Shown here piece after piece: positions 28,413-37,520 of a DNA stretch of 64,000 bases; position 1 is the stretch's first letter, and each line of letters opens with the position of its first letter. Location of the stretch: the NCBI GenBank assembly GCA_947501265.1, contig CANMVY010000002.1, positions 226,859-290,858 of the forward strand, given 5' to 3'. The notes under the pieces are model-generated. The model worked only from the letters and a program-made list of their open reading frames with translations, did not search any database and was not told where the DNA came from. Position numbers and translations under genes: made by a program. The stretch is from Bacteroidota bacterium. Lineage in GTDB: Bacteria > Bacteroidota > Bacteroidia > UBA7662 > CANHCV01.

Positions 28413-30062
28413 TTAAAACGTTGAGGTTAAGGTAAAACGAAATCCATTGAAGGCAGGTTCAACCCTACAAACGCCGCCGTTGCAAACTACTCCCTGAACT
28501 TGTTTAACGTATCCACCTGCTAAACGGTTTTTTCCAAAATTCACGGCACCAAAAATGGTGTAATAGTGAATCCGTTCGTTTGCTTTTGGGTTCCCATAAT
28601 TCCACATGTCCATAATGGAAAAACTGTATTTTGGTGCAATATTGTACTCCAGCAATCCCCACCACCAAGATCCAAGATCCTGTTGGGTTGACATGTGTGA
28701 TAGCTCCATGCGAAGTGACTTTTTTCGATCAATTTTGTACGTAACGTCGATGTAAGGAGTAACAGCACGAACTAATTTATCGGTAGTATTTCCGTTGGTT
28801 CCTGGTATTTCCTGTTTTTGATAAACCCCAAAATTGTAATTAAGGTATTGAACTCCGTAAACGGCTTTTACTTTCGTTCCAATTTTCGACTTTACCTCGA
28901 GGTACAGCTCTCGGTACAAAAGTTCGTTTCGCAAATCTGTGCTTTGAGCGAAGTTAACGGCGACATCATGTTTTTTATTCAATCGTTTTGAAACATCGAT
29001 TTGAAAGCCTTGCTCACCGATCAATTGGGTTGCAGGTGCGTAACGACTCGGCAATCGGTAAGTATTCATTCGCGCAATGGGAGGTAAAAAGGAAACCAAT
29101 CCATTGTTTAAAATTTCATTGGGAGAAGTTCGGAAATCGAAATGATCGGTTCGTTTGAATTGAGCGGTAACACCAAGACCCGGCTTGGAATAACTCACCG
29201 AACCAAAAAGTACGATGCCGGGTTTGTTCACGAGAATATTTCTCTGCGTATAGCTTACATTCCCAGAGCCATCCACCAAGGTATCAATTTTATTATCGTT
29301 CATGGCTTCACGGGTTTTAATGTTTGCCTCCCCCTGAAAACTAAAATTTTTGTAATCGGCTTGAATTCCACCATTGTAAATCCATACGTTTCTTCGAACA
29401 TCAAATCGTTCCTGAAGCGCTTGTAAATTCACATTATTCAAAATGGTTTGAGCGTCAGAATTATCCATCACCCTGTTTACCACAGAAGTGTAGGCATTGA
29501 ATCTGAAATTTTCACTGATTTCAAATTCCCTTTCGGTGAATACTCCACTGATGGCCGGCTGATAAGTGCCGAATAAAAACTTCTGCTTTCCAGTAAAGGC
29601 TTTCATGCTCCACTTATCTGAAAACTGATATTTTGCCCGCATTCCCATGATAGCATAATCCAAATTTTGACCGCGCTGTTCATACGCTCGAAAGGCAACG
29701 CCCGATCCAAACTGTTCATAGAAATACCCAGCGGTAATATCTAAATTATCCGTTTTCTTTTGCACAAACCAATAACCTAAACCCTGTCCGTTGTAAGCCG
29801 CTTGGGGATTTCTTAAACCACTGTTTTGAAAAAGATCATACCGAATTCCAAAGGTGTAATCGTCATGACGGTAATTCATGGTGAGCCATCCTTCGGTAGA
29901 AGAAAGTTGTTGATAGTACTGAGGTGGAATAACGTTTCCATTGGGAAAAATGGAAGAATCAAGAATGAAAAAGTTTTGGTTAAGTTGTAAATCGCCACTT
30001 AACTGAGCTGAAGATGCAAGTCCAAACCAAAGGAATAGGAAAGAGATGACAATTTTTCTCAT
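28413..30062 (-). CDS. DUF6029-like outer-membrane beta-barrel protein
   Basis: Signal peptide ending SSA|Q; GYFYEQFGSG..FRAYE; aromatic-rich beta strands; C-terminal VCNGGVCR and terminal Phe. Confidence 0.75.
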   Translation of the reverse strand: MRKIVISFLFLWFGLASSAQLSGDLQLNQNFFILDSSIFPNGNVIPPQYYQQLSSTEGWLTMNYRHDDYTFGIRYDLFQNSGLRNPQAAYNGQGLGYWFVQKKTDNLDITAGYFYEQFGSGVAFRAYEQRGQNLDYAIMGMRAKYQFSDKWSMKAFTGKQKFLFGTYQPAISGVFTEREFEISENFRFNAYTSVVNRVMDNSDAQTILNNVNLQALQERFDVRRNVWIYNGGIQADYKNFSFQGEANIKTREAMNDNKIDTLVDGSGNVSYTQRNILVNKPGIVLFGSVSYSKPGLGVTAQFKRTDHFDFRTSPNEILNNGLVSFLPPIARMNTYRLPSRYAPATQLIGEQGFQIDVSKRLNKKHDVAVNFAQSTDLRNELLYRELYLEVKSKIGTKVKAVYGVQYLNYNFGVYQKQEIPGTNGNTTDKLVRAVTPYIDVTYKIDRKKSLRMELSHMSTQQDLGSWWWGLLEYNIAPKYSFSIMDMWNYGNPKANERIHYYTIFGAVNFGKNRLAGGYVKQVQGVVCNGGVCRVEPAFNGFRFTLTSTF

Positions 30063-31333
30063 TAGGAAATAAGATCAAAACCGGTGTATGGAACAAGGCA
30101 AGCGGGAATTCGAATTCCTTCCGGCGTTTGGTTGTTTTCTAAAAGGGAAGCCACAATGCGAGGAAGCGCAAGGGCCGAACCATTCAACGTGTGAACCAAT
30201 CGGGTTTTCCCATCTTCTCCTTTGAATCGGCACTGAAGGCGATTGGCTTGGAACGACTCGAAATTGGAAACAGAACTCACTTCAAGCCAACGCTCTTGGG
30301 CCGCAGAATATACTTCCATGTCATAGGTCATGGCCGACGCAAAGCCCATATCTCCACCACACAACAATAGTGTTCGGTAGTGCAATCCCAATTTCTCCAA
30401 CAATCCAGAGACGTAATTTCTCATTTCCTCCAGCCGTTGGTAGGAATTTTCAGGATGATCCACCACCACAATTTCAACCTTATCAAACTGATGCAAGCGA
30501 TTCAACCCTCGAACATCTTTTCCATAACTACCTGCTTCACGACGAAAGCAAGGAGTATAGGCGGTAAGTTGAATGGGAAAATCGGCTTCTTTTAAGATGG
30601 TATCTCGGTAAATATTGGTCACAGGAACTTCAGCGGTGGGTACCAAGTAAAGGTTGTCCAAACCGATGTAATACATTTGCCCCTCTTTGTCGGGTAACTG
30701 ACCGGTTCCATATCCCGAATCTTCGTTCACTACAATGGGTGGTTGAACTTCTTGAAATCCTGCCTTTTCAGCTTCATCCAAAAAGAAATTGATCAAGGCA
30801 CGTTGCAAACGAGCACCTTTCCCTTTGTACAGCGGAAACCCTGCGCCGGCAATTTTCACTCCCGTTTCAAAATCAATCAAATCGTACTTTTTTGCTAAAT
30901 CCCAGTGTGGAATAGAACCTTCTGGAACGATTGGTAAGCCAGGCATGGCAAAAGCAATTTCATTTTCTTCAGGTGTTTTTCCAGTTGGAACTCGTTCTGC
31001 TGGAGCATTCGGAATGGTTAAAAGGATTTGTTTAATTTCCAATTCTTTGGAACTCTTATTTTCTTCAATGTCCTTCGAGGTCAACTTCAACTGAGCAACT
31101 TCCTGCTTTGCTGCTTCCGCTTCTTCCTTTTTCCCATCTTTCATCAACGCACCAATGGATTTAGCCAATTCATTTTGTCGGGCGAGATTGGTATCCAATT
31201 GCAATTGAATGGCTTTTCGTTGATCATCCAAAGCGATGACTTGATCTAAATCAGCAGAAAAATCTTTGGATCGGCGAGCAAGTCGGGCTGCGATGAGGTC
31301 TTTTTGTTCTCGAATGTTGCGAATATCTAACAT
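30062..31333 (-). CDS. serS: Serine--tRNA ligase
   Basis: PTAEVP, FRREAGSYG, RLHQFDKVE, EVSSVSN, HTLNGSALA. Confidence 0.98.
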   Translation of the reverse strand: MLDIRNIREQKDLIAARLARRSKDFSADLDQVIALDDQRKAIQLQLDTNLARQNELAKSIGALMKDGKKEEAEAAKQEVAQLKLTSKDIEENKSSKELEIKQILLTIPNAPAERVPTGKTPEENEIAFAMPGLPIVPEGSIPHWDLAKKYDLIDFETGVKIAGAGFPLYKGKGARLQRALINFFLDEAEKAGFQEVQPPIVVNEDSGYGTGQLPDKEGQMYYIGLDNLYLVPTAEVPVTNIYRDTILKEADFPIQLTAYTPCFRREAGSYGKDVRGLNRLHQFDKVEIVVVDHPENSYQRLEEMRNYVSGLLEKLGLHYRTLLLCGGDMGFASAMTYDMEVYSAAQERWLEVSSVSNFESFQANRLQCRFKGEDGKTRLVHTLNGSALALPRIVASLLENNQTPEGIRIPACLVPYTGFDLIS

Positions 31334-31378
31334 GGATTCCGGTTATCTTACAAAGTTACTTTTTTGCATGGAATATGC

Positions 31379-31411
31379 CAAAAAAAAAGTCCTAACCGAA
31401 GTTAGGACTTT
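31379..31411 (-). terminator. Intrinsic terminator after tRNA-Pro
   Basis: Minus strand AAAGTCCTAAC-TTCG-GTTAGGAC followed by a T-run (cUUCGg tetraloop). Confidence 0.9.
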
Positions 31412-31422
31412 GTAACTGTTCG

Positions 31423-31496
31423 TCGGGGTGGCAGGATTCGAACCTACGACCTCCTGCTCCCAAAGCAGGCGCGATACCGGGCTACGCTACACCCCG
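31423..31496 (-). tRNA. tRNA-Pro(TGG), CCA not encoded
   Basis: CGGGGTG/CACCCCG acceptor stem, CCTGC-TTTGGGA-GCAGG anticodon arm, GTTCGAATC T-loop. Confidence 0.97.
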
Positions 31497-31511
31497 AACG
31501 TTTAGGGTGTG

Positions 31512-31540
31512 CAAAGATAAAAAAAATTCAGAAAAGTCAA
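31512..31540 (-). promoter_or_regulatory. Bacteroidota housekeeping promoter for tRNA-Pro
   Basis: TTG (-33) ... TATCTTTG (-7, 31512-31519). Confidence 0.75.
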
Positions 31541-32625
31541 CCCTTTTCAACCAATTTTTTTATTCGATCCAAGACCGTAGATGGTTTTAAGTACTGCATG
31601 CACGACTTACCTTGGGAGCAAGTTCCTGCATAAAAACAGGTACAATCGTGCTCTGGCTCAACAAGAAACCCATTTCCAAAAAGATCGAATTCGTGCTTAT
31701 TGAAAATGTTATTCATTAGTACAATTTTTTTCTGCAAACCCAAAGCCAGGTGCATGGACATGCTCACTTGAGTAACTACAACATCGCACTGATCCATCAA
31801 ATTGATGTATTGCTGAAGCGAAAAGTGTCCCAAATACATGGCTCCGGTTAACTTTTGCAACTCTAAGTTATTTGGATGCTCTTGCTCTCCACCCAAAAGA
31901 AGTGGCTGAAAACCTGCATTTTCAATTTCCCGACAAAGTTCCACCCAATTTTCATTGTCCCACAGTCGTGTTGGCCAACGGGCTCCAACTCCAGTGTTCA
32001 ATCCAACAATGGGTTTCTTCCCATTCAAAGTCGGCCATTCGTAACCTTTGTTGGAATGATTATCGAGCAAATACTTTTCCCCGGCATATTCCAGTCCACA
32101 AATGGCAAAAATTTCTTGACAATAACTGAGCGTATTGGCTTTGCTCACATCATCGAACAAACCCGTATGGTATTTGTGGTAAGCTTTGGGATCGATGGGT
32201 TGAACTACATTTTTTTCTAAGATGAAACCAAATTTTTGGTCGGATGAAATGCGTTTCAAAAGTGATCCAGCTTCCTTGTCTTTATCCAAATTGATGGCCA
32301 CATCGAAATGACATCCTTCCAAATAAACGATAGATTTTAGGTCAAAAGGCAAGATTTCTTCAATTTCTGATGCTGGTAAAATGGCGGGACTCAACGTGAG
32401 CCAAGTGATTTTACAGCCGGGATACCGTTGACGCATTCTGGTTACCAACGGAGTGGTACGAATTACATCGCCCAATGCTCCGAGTTTAATGATGAGTATG
32501 CGTTGGGAAACGGGATCGTAATCGTTACAATTGCCGCAATGAGCTCCTGTTTTTTTATGAGGCTTACAAGGGAGGTCACCGCGCAAGTGTCGGCAATCGG
32601 CATGGTAAAAATCGGGCTTATTCAC
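31537..32625 (-). CDS. GT9 (heptosyltransferase-like) glycosyltransferase with Cys-rich termini
   Basis: ILIIKLGALGDVIRTTP, GLNTG.G.RW, LLGG..E; GTG start. Confidence 0.85.
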   Translation of the reverse strand: MNKPDFYHADCRHLRGDLPCKPHKKTGAHCGNCNDYDPVSQRILIIKLGALGDVIRTTPLVTRMRQRYPGCKITWLTLSPAILPASEIEEILPFDLKSIVYLEGCHFDVAINLDKDKEAGSLLKRISSDQKFGFILEKNVVQPIDPKAYHKYHTGLFDDVSKANTLSYCQEIFAICGLEYAGEKYLLDNHSNKGYEWPTLNGKKPIVGLNTGVGARWPTRLWDNENWVELCREIENAGFQPLLLGGEQEHPNNLELQKLTGAMYLGHFSLQQYINLMDQCDVVVTQVSMSMHLALGLQKKIVLMNNIFNKHEFDLFGNGFLVEPEHDCTCFYAGTCSQGKSCMQYLKPSTVLDRIKKLVEKG

Positions 32626-32642
32626 AGTAAATATTTATCAAA

Positions 32643-33131
32643 TTAGGGCTGAACGTACCAAAGAAAGTCGGGTTCTTGTTGTGCCGCCTCCATCCACGAA
32701 CGAGCTTCTGGATAGTGGAAGGCGGCAATTCCACCGGGTTGAAAAGAAAGAATAGGAGTTTGGGTGCTCAGCATTCCTGCCAAATTAGAAATTCCCGGAT
32801 TATGGGCAACCACCAACAAATGGTTGGCCTCTGGATTGGCCTCCATGATGCAAAAAAATATTTGATCCGGAGAGGCATTCACCAGTCGTGTTTCGAATTC
32901 AATGATTTCATGTTTTAAACCCATTCCATGAACTAAAATTCCAGCCGTTTTTTGGGTGCGCTCGGTTGGTGAACACAGAACCAAATCAAACTGAATGGCC
33001 TTTTCTAGAAGCAATTGAGCTTCTTGCGCAATATCTGTCTCCCCTTTCTCCGATAACTTCCGAGAAAAGTCGGTCTGACCCATTTCTGCAGAAAGGGCTT
33101 GTCCATGACGCATTAAATAAAGGGTTCTCAA
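32643..33131 (-). CDS. sixA: SixA family phosphohistidine phosphatase
   Basis: LYLMRHG, D..R.L...G, SP..RTQKT, VAHNPG; start moved to TTG 33131 to avoid overlap with the divergent gene. Confidence 0.8.
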   Translation of the reverse strand: MRTLYLMRHGQALSAEMGQTDFSRKLSEKGETDIAQEAQLLLEKAIQFDLVLCSPTERTQKTAGILVHGMGLKHEIIEFETRLVNASPDQIFFCIMEANPEANHLLVVAHNPGISNLAGMLSTQTPILSFQPGGIAAFHYPEARSWMEAAQQEPDFLWYVQP

Positions 33132-33145
33132 AATTAGGTTTTGAA

Positions 33146-33163
33146 CAAAAGTAAGTACATTTG
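33146..33163. promoter_or_regulatory. Back-to-back divergent -7 promoter elements (sixA / PAP2)
   Basis: TACTTTTG on minus (33146-33153) and TACATTTG on plus (33156-33163). Confidence 0.65.
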
Positions 33164-33168
33164 CTTCA

Positions 33169-33777
33169 ATGCACCAAAAAAGCGTTTCAATTTTCTTGAC
33201 TGCTTGGTTTGCCTTGTGGTTACTTGCCCTCATTACATGGGGCAACGAGTCCATTTTTCTTTTTTTCAATCACCTCTTCTCCCCTATTCCTTCGTTTTGG
33301 AAATGGATTACTTATTTAGGAGAAGGTTGGATGATTGGTATTCTATCCATTCTATTGATGTTTTGGAAAGGCTGGAAACAAGGATTGTTTTTGGGCCTCG
33401 CACCTACGGTTGCGGGGTTGGTTGGTCAGTTTTTCAAAAGAGTTATTTTCCCAGAAAGTGATCGTCCAAAATTGTATTTTGAAAAAATACATCAAGTTAT
33501 TCAATTGCCGAGCGACGTTGAGATGAATTTGCATCATTCCTTTCCATCTGGCCACACCATTGGTGCATTTGCTTTTTTTTATCTTTTAACTTCCCTTGCT
33601 CCTTCAAAAACAGCAACTTTCCTTTTGCTTTTTTTAGCTACTATGGTAGGATTTTCTCGCATTTTTCTTGCTCAACACTTTCCATTGGATGTCGTTGTTG
33701 GATCGTTCATCGGTGTATTGATTGCCGAAATTTGGAAGCGAATCATTCCCCAGAAGTGGGTTGTGAACAACGCGTGA
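33169..33777 (+). CDS. PAP2 family membrane phosphatase
   Basis: K-x7-RP, SFPSGH, SRIFLAQHFPLDV. Confidence 0.9.
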   Translation: MHQKSVSIFLTAWFALWLLALITWGNESIFLFFNHLFSPIPSFWKWITYLGEGWMIGILSILLMFWKGWKQGLFLGLAPTVAGLVGQFFKRVIFPESDRPKLYFEKIHQVIQLPSDVEMNLHHSFPSGHTIGAFAFFYLLTSLAPSKTATFLLLFLATMVGFSRIFLAQHFPLDVVVGSFIGVLIAEIWKRIIPQKWVVNNA

Positions 33778-33825
33778 AAAGGCAAAAAACTTTTCCGCTT
33801 ACCTTTGCAAAAAATTCCCTTTTTC

Positions 33826-35769
33826 ATGTCGAATTCCATCGATTTTCAAGTGATCAATGAAGTAAAAGGATTGATCATGGACGCCACCCGCAGCGCCAAT
33901 TCTGGACACCCCGGTGGGGCCTTTTCCTCTGCCGATTTTGTGAGTATCCTCCACATGGATTATTTGCGATTTGCTCCCAAATACCCAAAATGGCATAACC
34001 GAGATCGATTTATTCTTTCTGCAGGGCATGAATCCATGCTGCAATATTCCATGCTGCACTTGATGGGATTGTTGGAAATGAAAGAAATTAAAAACTTCCG
34101 ACAGCTGGGCAGTTTAACTCCAGGACACCCAGAGGTTCACCTTACTCCAGGCGTAGAAGCCACCACTGGGCCATTGGGCCAAGGCATTTCCATGGCTGTT
34201 GGTATGGCGATGGCTGAAAAGCATCAAGAAGCGGTTTTAGGAAAAGAAATTCTTAAAAATAAGGTCTACGTTTTGGTGGGAGATGGCGACCTGCAAGAAA
34301 GCGTAGCTATCGGAACCGCTGCCATTGCCGGTCACCAAGCGTTGGATAATTTGGTGGTGTTTTACGATAAAAACGACATCCAAATTTCGGGAAAAACATC
34401 AAGGTCAGATTCCACCAATTTCGAGTTGCTGTTTCAAGCCATCGGTTGGGAAGTTCGAACCATTGATGGACACGACCATGCAGCCATTCGGGCTTGCTTG
34501 GATCATGCTCAAACGCAGCGATCTCAGCCTTTACTCATTATTGGAAATACCACCATTGCGAAGGGAACTGCATCCATGGAAGGATCGCACAAAACCCACG
34601 GGGAGCCCCTAAAACCTGAAGAAATTGCAGCAACCAAATCCAAATTAGGATTGGATCCGGATCAATTCTTCCAAGTATCAGAATCGACTTACCAGCGCTT
34701 CTCCAGCCACTTCAATGTTTTCAACGAAGAAGCAGAGCGCTGGATCCAAGCCTACCAAAATCACCCAAAAGTTGCTTCCCTTTTCTCGGCAGTACCTGAA
34801 ATGAAAATGGATTTTCCTGTTGGAGAAAGCATGGCAACCCGCAAAGCGTTTGGAATGGTTTTGGAACTAGCCGCCGATGTTGCCCCCAATTTAATGGGAG
34901 GTTCGGCCGATTTAGAACCCTCCAACAACACCGAGGGATTTGCCAAAAAAGTGGGTGAATTCACCAAAGAGAACCGATTGGGCCGAAACATTGCTTTCGG
35001 TGTTCGCGAATTTTCAATGGCTTGCATTCAAAACGGAATGTCGCTTTATGGCGGAATGCATTCGTTTGGGGCAACGTTTTTAACCTTTGCTGATTATTCT
35101 CGAAATGCAATCCGCATGAGTGGGATTCAAGAAATTCAAACCTTGCACGTTTTTACCCACGATTCGTTTTTTGTTGGTGAAGATGGCCCCACCCACCAAC
35201 CCATCGAACACCTGATGAGTTTGCGCGCCATCCCTAATTTATTGGTTTTCCGCCCAGCTGATGCGCGCGAAACCTTGGCCTGCATGAACCAATATTTCAA
35301 AGAAACCCATCGGCCAAGTTTAATTGCTTTGACTCGTCAAAACGTACCAACTTTAGAAGGTTCTGTTGCCATTGAAAAAGGAGCATTCATTAAGTTTGAA
35401 ACAAAACCGGGACACAATGCAGATGCCATTGTTTTTTCAACCGGTTCGGAAGTTCACGTTGCCATTGAAGCCGCTCAAAAGTTAGATTTCGCTGGAAATA
35501 TTCGAGTGGTCTCTATCCCATGTTGGGAGCTTTTCTGGGAACAGAATGAGGTTTACCGCAACGAAATCCTATCTCCAGCCACTTCAAAAAGAATTTCTAT
35601 TGAAGCAGGTTGCACCTTAGGCTGGCAGAAATTTACAGGCATGAACGGTTTGAACATTGGCCTCGACACGTTCGGAGCCTCTGGACCCGGAAACGTATTG
35701 GCTGATTATTTCGGATTTACCCCAGAAAAAGTTGCTCAGAAAATGGCCCAATTTCTCCAAATCGGATGA
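33826..35769 (+). CDS. tkt: Transketolase (full-length, single polypeptide)
   Basis: SGHPG, RDRFILSAGH, TPGHPE, GDGDLQE, FGVREF, GEDGPTHQPIE. Confidence 0.96.
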   Translation: MSNSIDFQVINEVKGLIMDATRSANSGHPGGAFSSADFVSILHMDYLRFAPKYPKWHNRDRFILSAGHESMLQYSMLHLMGLLEMKEIKNFRQLGSLTPGHPEVHLTPGVEATTGPLGQGISMAVGMAMAEKHQEAVLGKEILKNKVYVLVGDGDLQESVAIGTAAIAGHQALDNLVVFYDKNDIQISGKTSRSDSTNFELLFQAIGWEVRTIDGHDHAAIRACLDHAQTQRSQPLLIIGNTTIAKGTASMEGSHKTHGEPLKPEEIAATKSKLGLDPDQFFQVSESTYQRFSSHFNVFNEEAERWIQAYQNHPKVASLFSAVPEMKMDFPVGESMATRKAFGMVLELAADVAPNLMGGSADLEPSNNTEGFAKKVGEFTKENRLGRNIAFGVREFSMACIQNGMSLYGGMHSFGATFLTFADYSRNAIRMSGIQEIQTLHVFTHDSFFVGEDGPTHQPIEHLMSLRAIPNLLVFRPADARETLACMNQYFKETHRPSLIALTRQNVPTLEGSVAIEKGAFIKFETKPGHNADAIVFSTGSEVHVAIEAAQKLDFAGNIRVVSIPCWELFWEQNEVYRNEILSPATSKRISIEAGCTLGWQKFTGMNGLNIGLDTFGASGPGNVLADYFGFTPEKVAQKMAQFLQIG

Positions 35770-37220
35770 ATCCACTCTTACTAGCCTCGGTTTTAGGAAT
35801 TTATTTCCTGGTTCTCTTTTGGGTTAGTCTTCGAACGGCCAAAGGGACCGACAATCAGGGCTATTTTGTTGGAAATAAAAATTCATCGTGGTGGTTGGTT
35901 GCCTTTGGAATGATTGGCACCTCCCTCAGTGGGGTAACTTTCGTTTCGGTTCCGGGTGGAGTTGCCAAAGGAGGATTCACCTACATGATGGTGGTTTTGG
36001 GGTTCTTTTTGGGATATTTTGCAGTGGCCTACATTTTGTTGCCCCTGTATTATCGCTTGAACGTAACCAGCATTTACCATTACCTCAAAGAGCGTTTCGG
36101 AACCCTCCCATACCAAACCGGAGCAACGGTTTTTATCATCAGCCGAACTTTGGGAGCGACTGCTCGACTTTATTTGGTTATTGCCATTCTTCAAACATTC
36201 ATTTTTAACGATTTAGGACTGCATTTTGCGGCAACATCCATCATTATTCTACTCATGATTTTGGCTTACACCTTCAAAGGAGGAGTCAAAACCATTATTT
36301 GGACCGATACGCTTCAAACATCGCTTATGCTTCTTGGGTTGGTGGCGTGTACCCTTTTTGTGGGCGGCAAATTGAACAACCCAGCTCCCATTTGGAATCA
36401 AATCAAATCAGTTCATTTAGATTTCTGGATTAATACCGATTACCACACTCCTTCATTTTGGGTAAAGCACTTGCTTGGCGGATTCTTTACGACCATTGCT
36501 ATGACTGGTTTGGACCAAGAAATGATGCAAAAAAACATTTCGGTTAGAACCTTGAAAGACTCCCAAAAGAACATGTTGGTTTTTGCCACTACCCTATTGT
36601 TTGTCAATTTCCTTTTTGTTTTTTTAGGTGCTATTTTAACCATTTACGGAACAGAACTGGGGATCAATGCGAGCGGAGATACGCTCTTTCCTACCGTTGC
36701 TCTTCAGCATTTGCCACCCATTTTTGGATTGATCTTTTTGGTGGCTTTGGTCTCGGCCTTATTTCCAAGTGCCGATGGCGCCATTACTGCCCTTACCGCT
36801 TCCTTTTGCATCGATCTATTGCAATTCAACCATAAAAATTACACAGAAGAACAGAAAACTAAAATTCGCAGATGGGTTCATTTGGGATTCACCGCGTTAT
36901 TCTTTGTTTGTTTGCTGGCATTTTATCAAATCGACAACAAAACCATCATTGATTTGATCATTAAAATTGCTGGATTTACCTACGGCCCTCTTTTAGGTTT
37001 ATTCGCTTTTGGAATTTTCACAAAGCGAATTCTCTCGCCTGTTTTCGCACCCATTATGGCCATTTTGAGCCCAGGAATTTGCTATTTTCTCTCTGACATT
37101 TTAGCTAAAAAATTAGATCTTTTGAGCGGCTATCAATTTGGTTATGAAATTTTGTTGATCAATGCCGCAATAACCTTCTTGGGATTGTGGATAGGCAGCA
37201 AAAAAAGCCTTGCAACCTAA
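35766..37220 (+). CDS. Sodium:solute symporter (SSS family)
   Basis: SLSGVTFVSVPG, GGVKTIIWTD, GLDQEMMQK; about 13 TM. Confidence 0.9.
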   Translation: MNPLLLASVLGIYFLVLFWVSLRTAKGTDNQGYFVGNKNSSWWLVAFGMIGTSLSGVTFVSVPGGVAKGGFTYMMVVLGFFLGYFAVAYILLPLYYRLNVTSIYHYLKERFGTLPYQTGATVFIISRTLGATARLYLVIAILQTFIFNDLGLHFAATSIIILLMILAYTFKGGVKTIIWTDTLQTSLMLLGLVACTLFVGGKLNNPAPIWNQIKSVHLDFWINTDYHTPSFWVKHLLGGFFTTIAMTGLDQEMMQKNISVRTLKDSQKNMLVFATTLLFVNFLFVFLGAILTIYGTELGINASGDTLFPTVALQHLPPIFGLIFLVALVSALFPSADGAITALTASFCIDLLQFNHKNYTEEQKTKIRRWVHLGFTALFFVCLLAFYQIDNKTIIDLIIKIAGFTYGPLLGLFAFGIFTKRILSPVFAPIMAILSPGICYFLSDILAKKLDLLSGYQFGYEILLINAAITFLGLWIGSKKSLAT

Positions 37221-37253
37221 CTTTTCTTCCTTATTTTTGTAAAAAAAATACCA

Positions 37254-37469
37254 ATGAAAACTTCAACTCCTTGGATTGTAACCATTATTACGTGCATTAC
37301 TGTACTAACTTTCATCGTATTATCGGCGATGGATCCTCAGAAGTATTTCCAACAGAGCTATAATGGAAACTACACTTGGCCATTGATTATCATGGTTTTG
37401 GGATTTGCAGCTAGCTATTTTATTGCACAAGGCGCATACAAGAGCATCAAAGAAAAAAATAACAAATAA
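37254..37469 (+). CDS. Small two-TM membrane protein, unknown function
   Basis: Own TATTTTTG promoter element, A-rich leader, two hydrophobic helices, basic tail, downstream terminator. Confidence 0.7.
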   Translation: MKTSTPWIVTIITCITVLTFIVLSAMDPQKYFQQSYNGNYTWPLIIMVLGFAASYFIAQGAYKSIKEKNNK

Positions 37470-37490
37470 TCTGTTAGAAAGAAATTCAAG

Positions 37491-37518
37491 GCTTCCTCAG
37501 TGAGGAAGCTTTTTTTTT
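37491..37518 (+). terminator. Intrinsic terminator ending 2 nt before the udk ATG
   Basis: GCTTCCTC-AGT-GAGGAAGC-T9. Confidence 0.8.
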
Positions 37519-37520
37519 GT

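Noticed and set aside
27560-31333. Selenoprotein system suggested by serS next to redox proteins
   Set aside because: All redox motifs use Cys codons; no in-frame TGA, SECIS-like hairpin or sel genes seen
31423-31496. tRNA-Pro as an integration site
   Set aside because: Followed by a clean terminator and serS; no duplicated 3' end seen in the window
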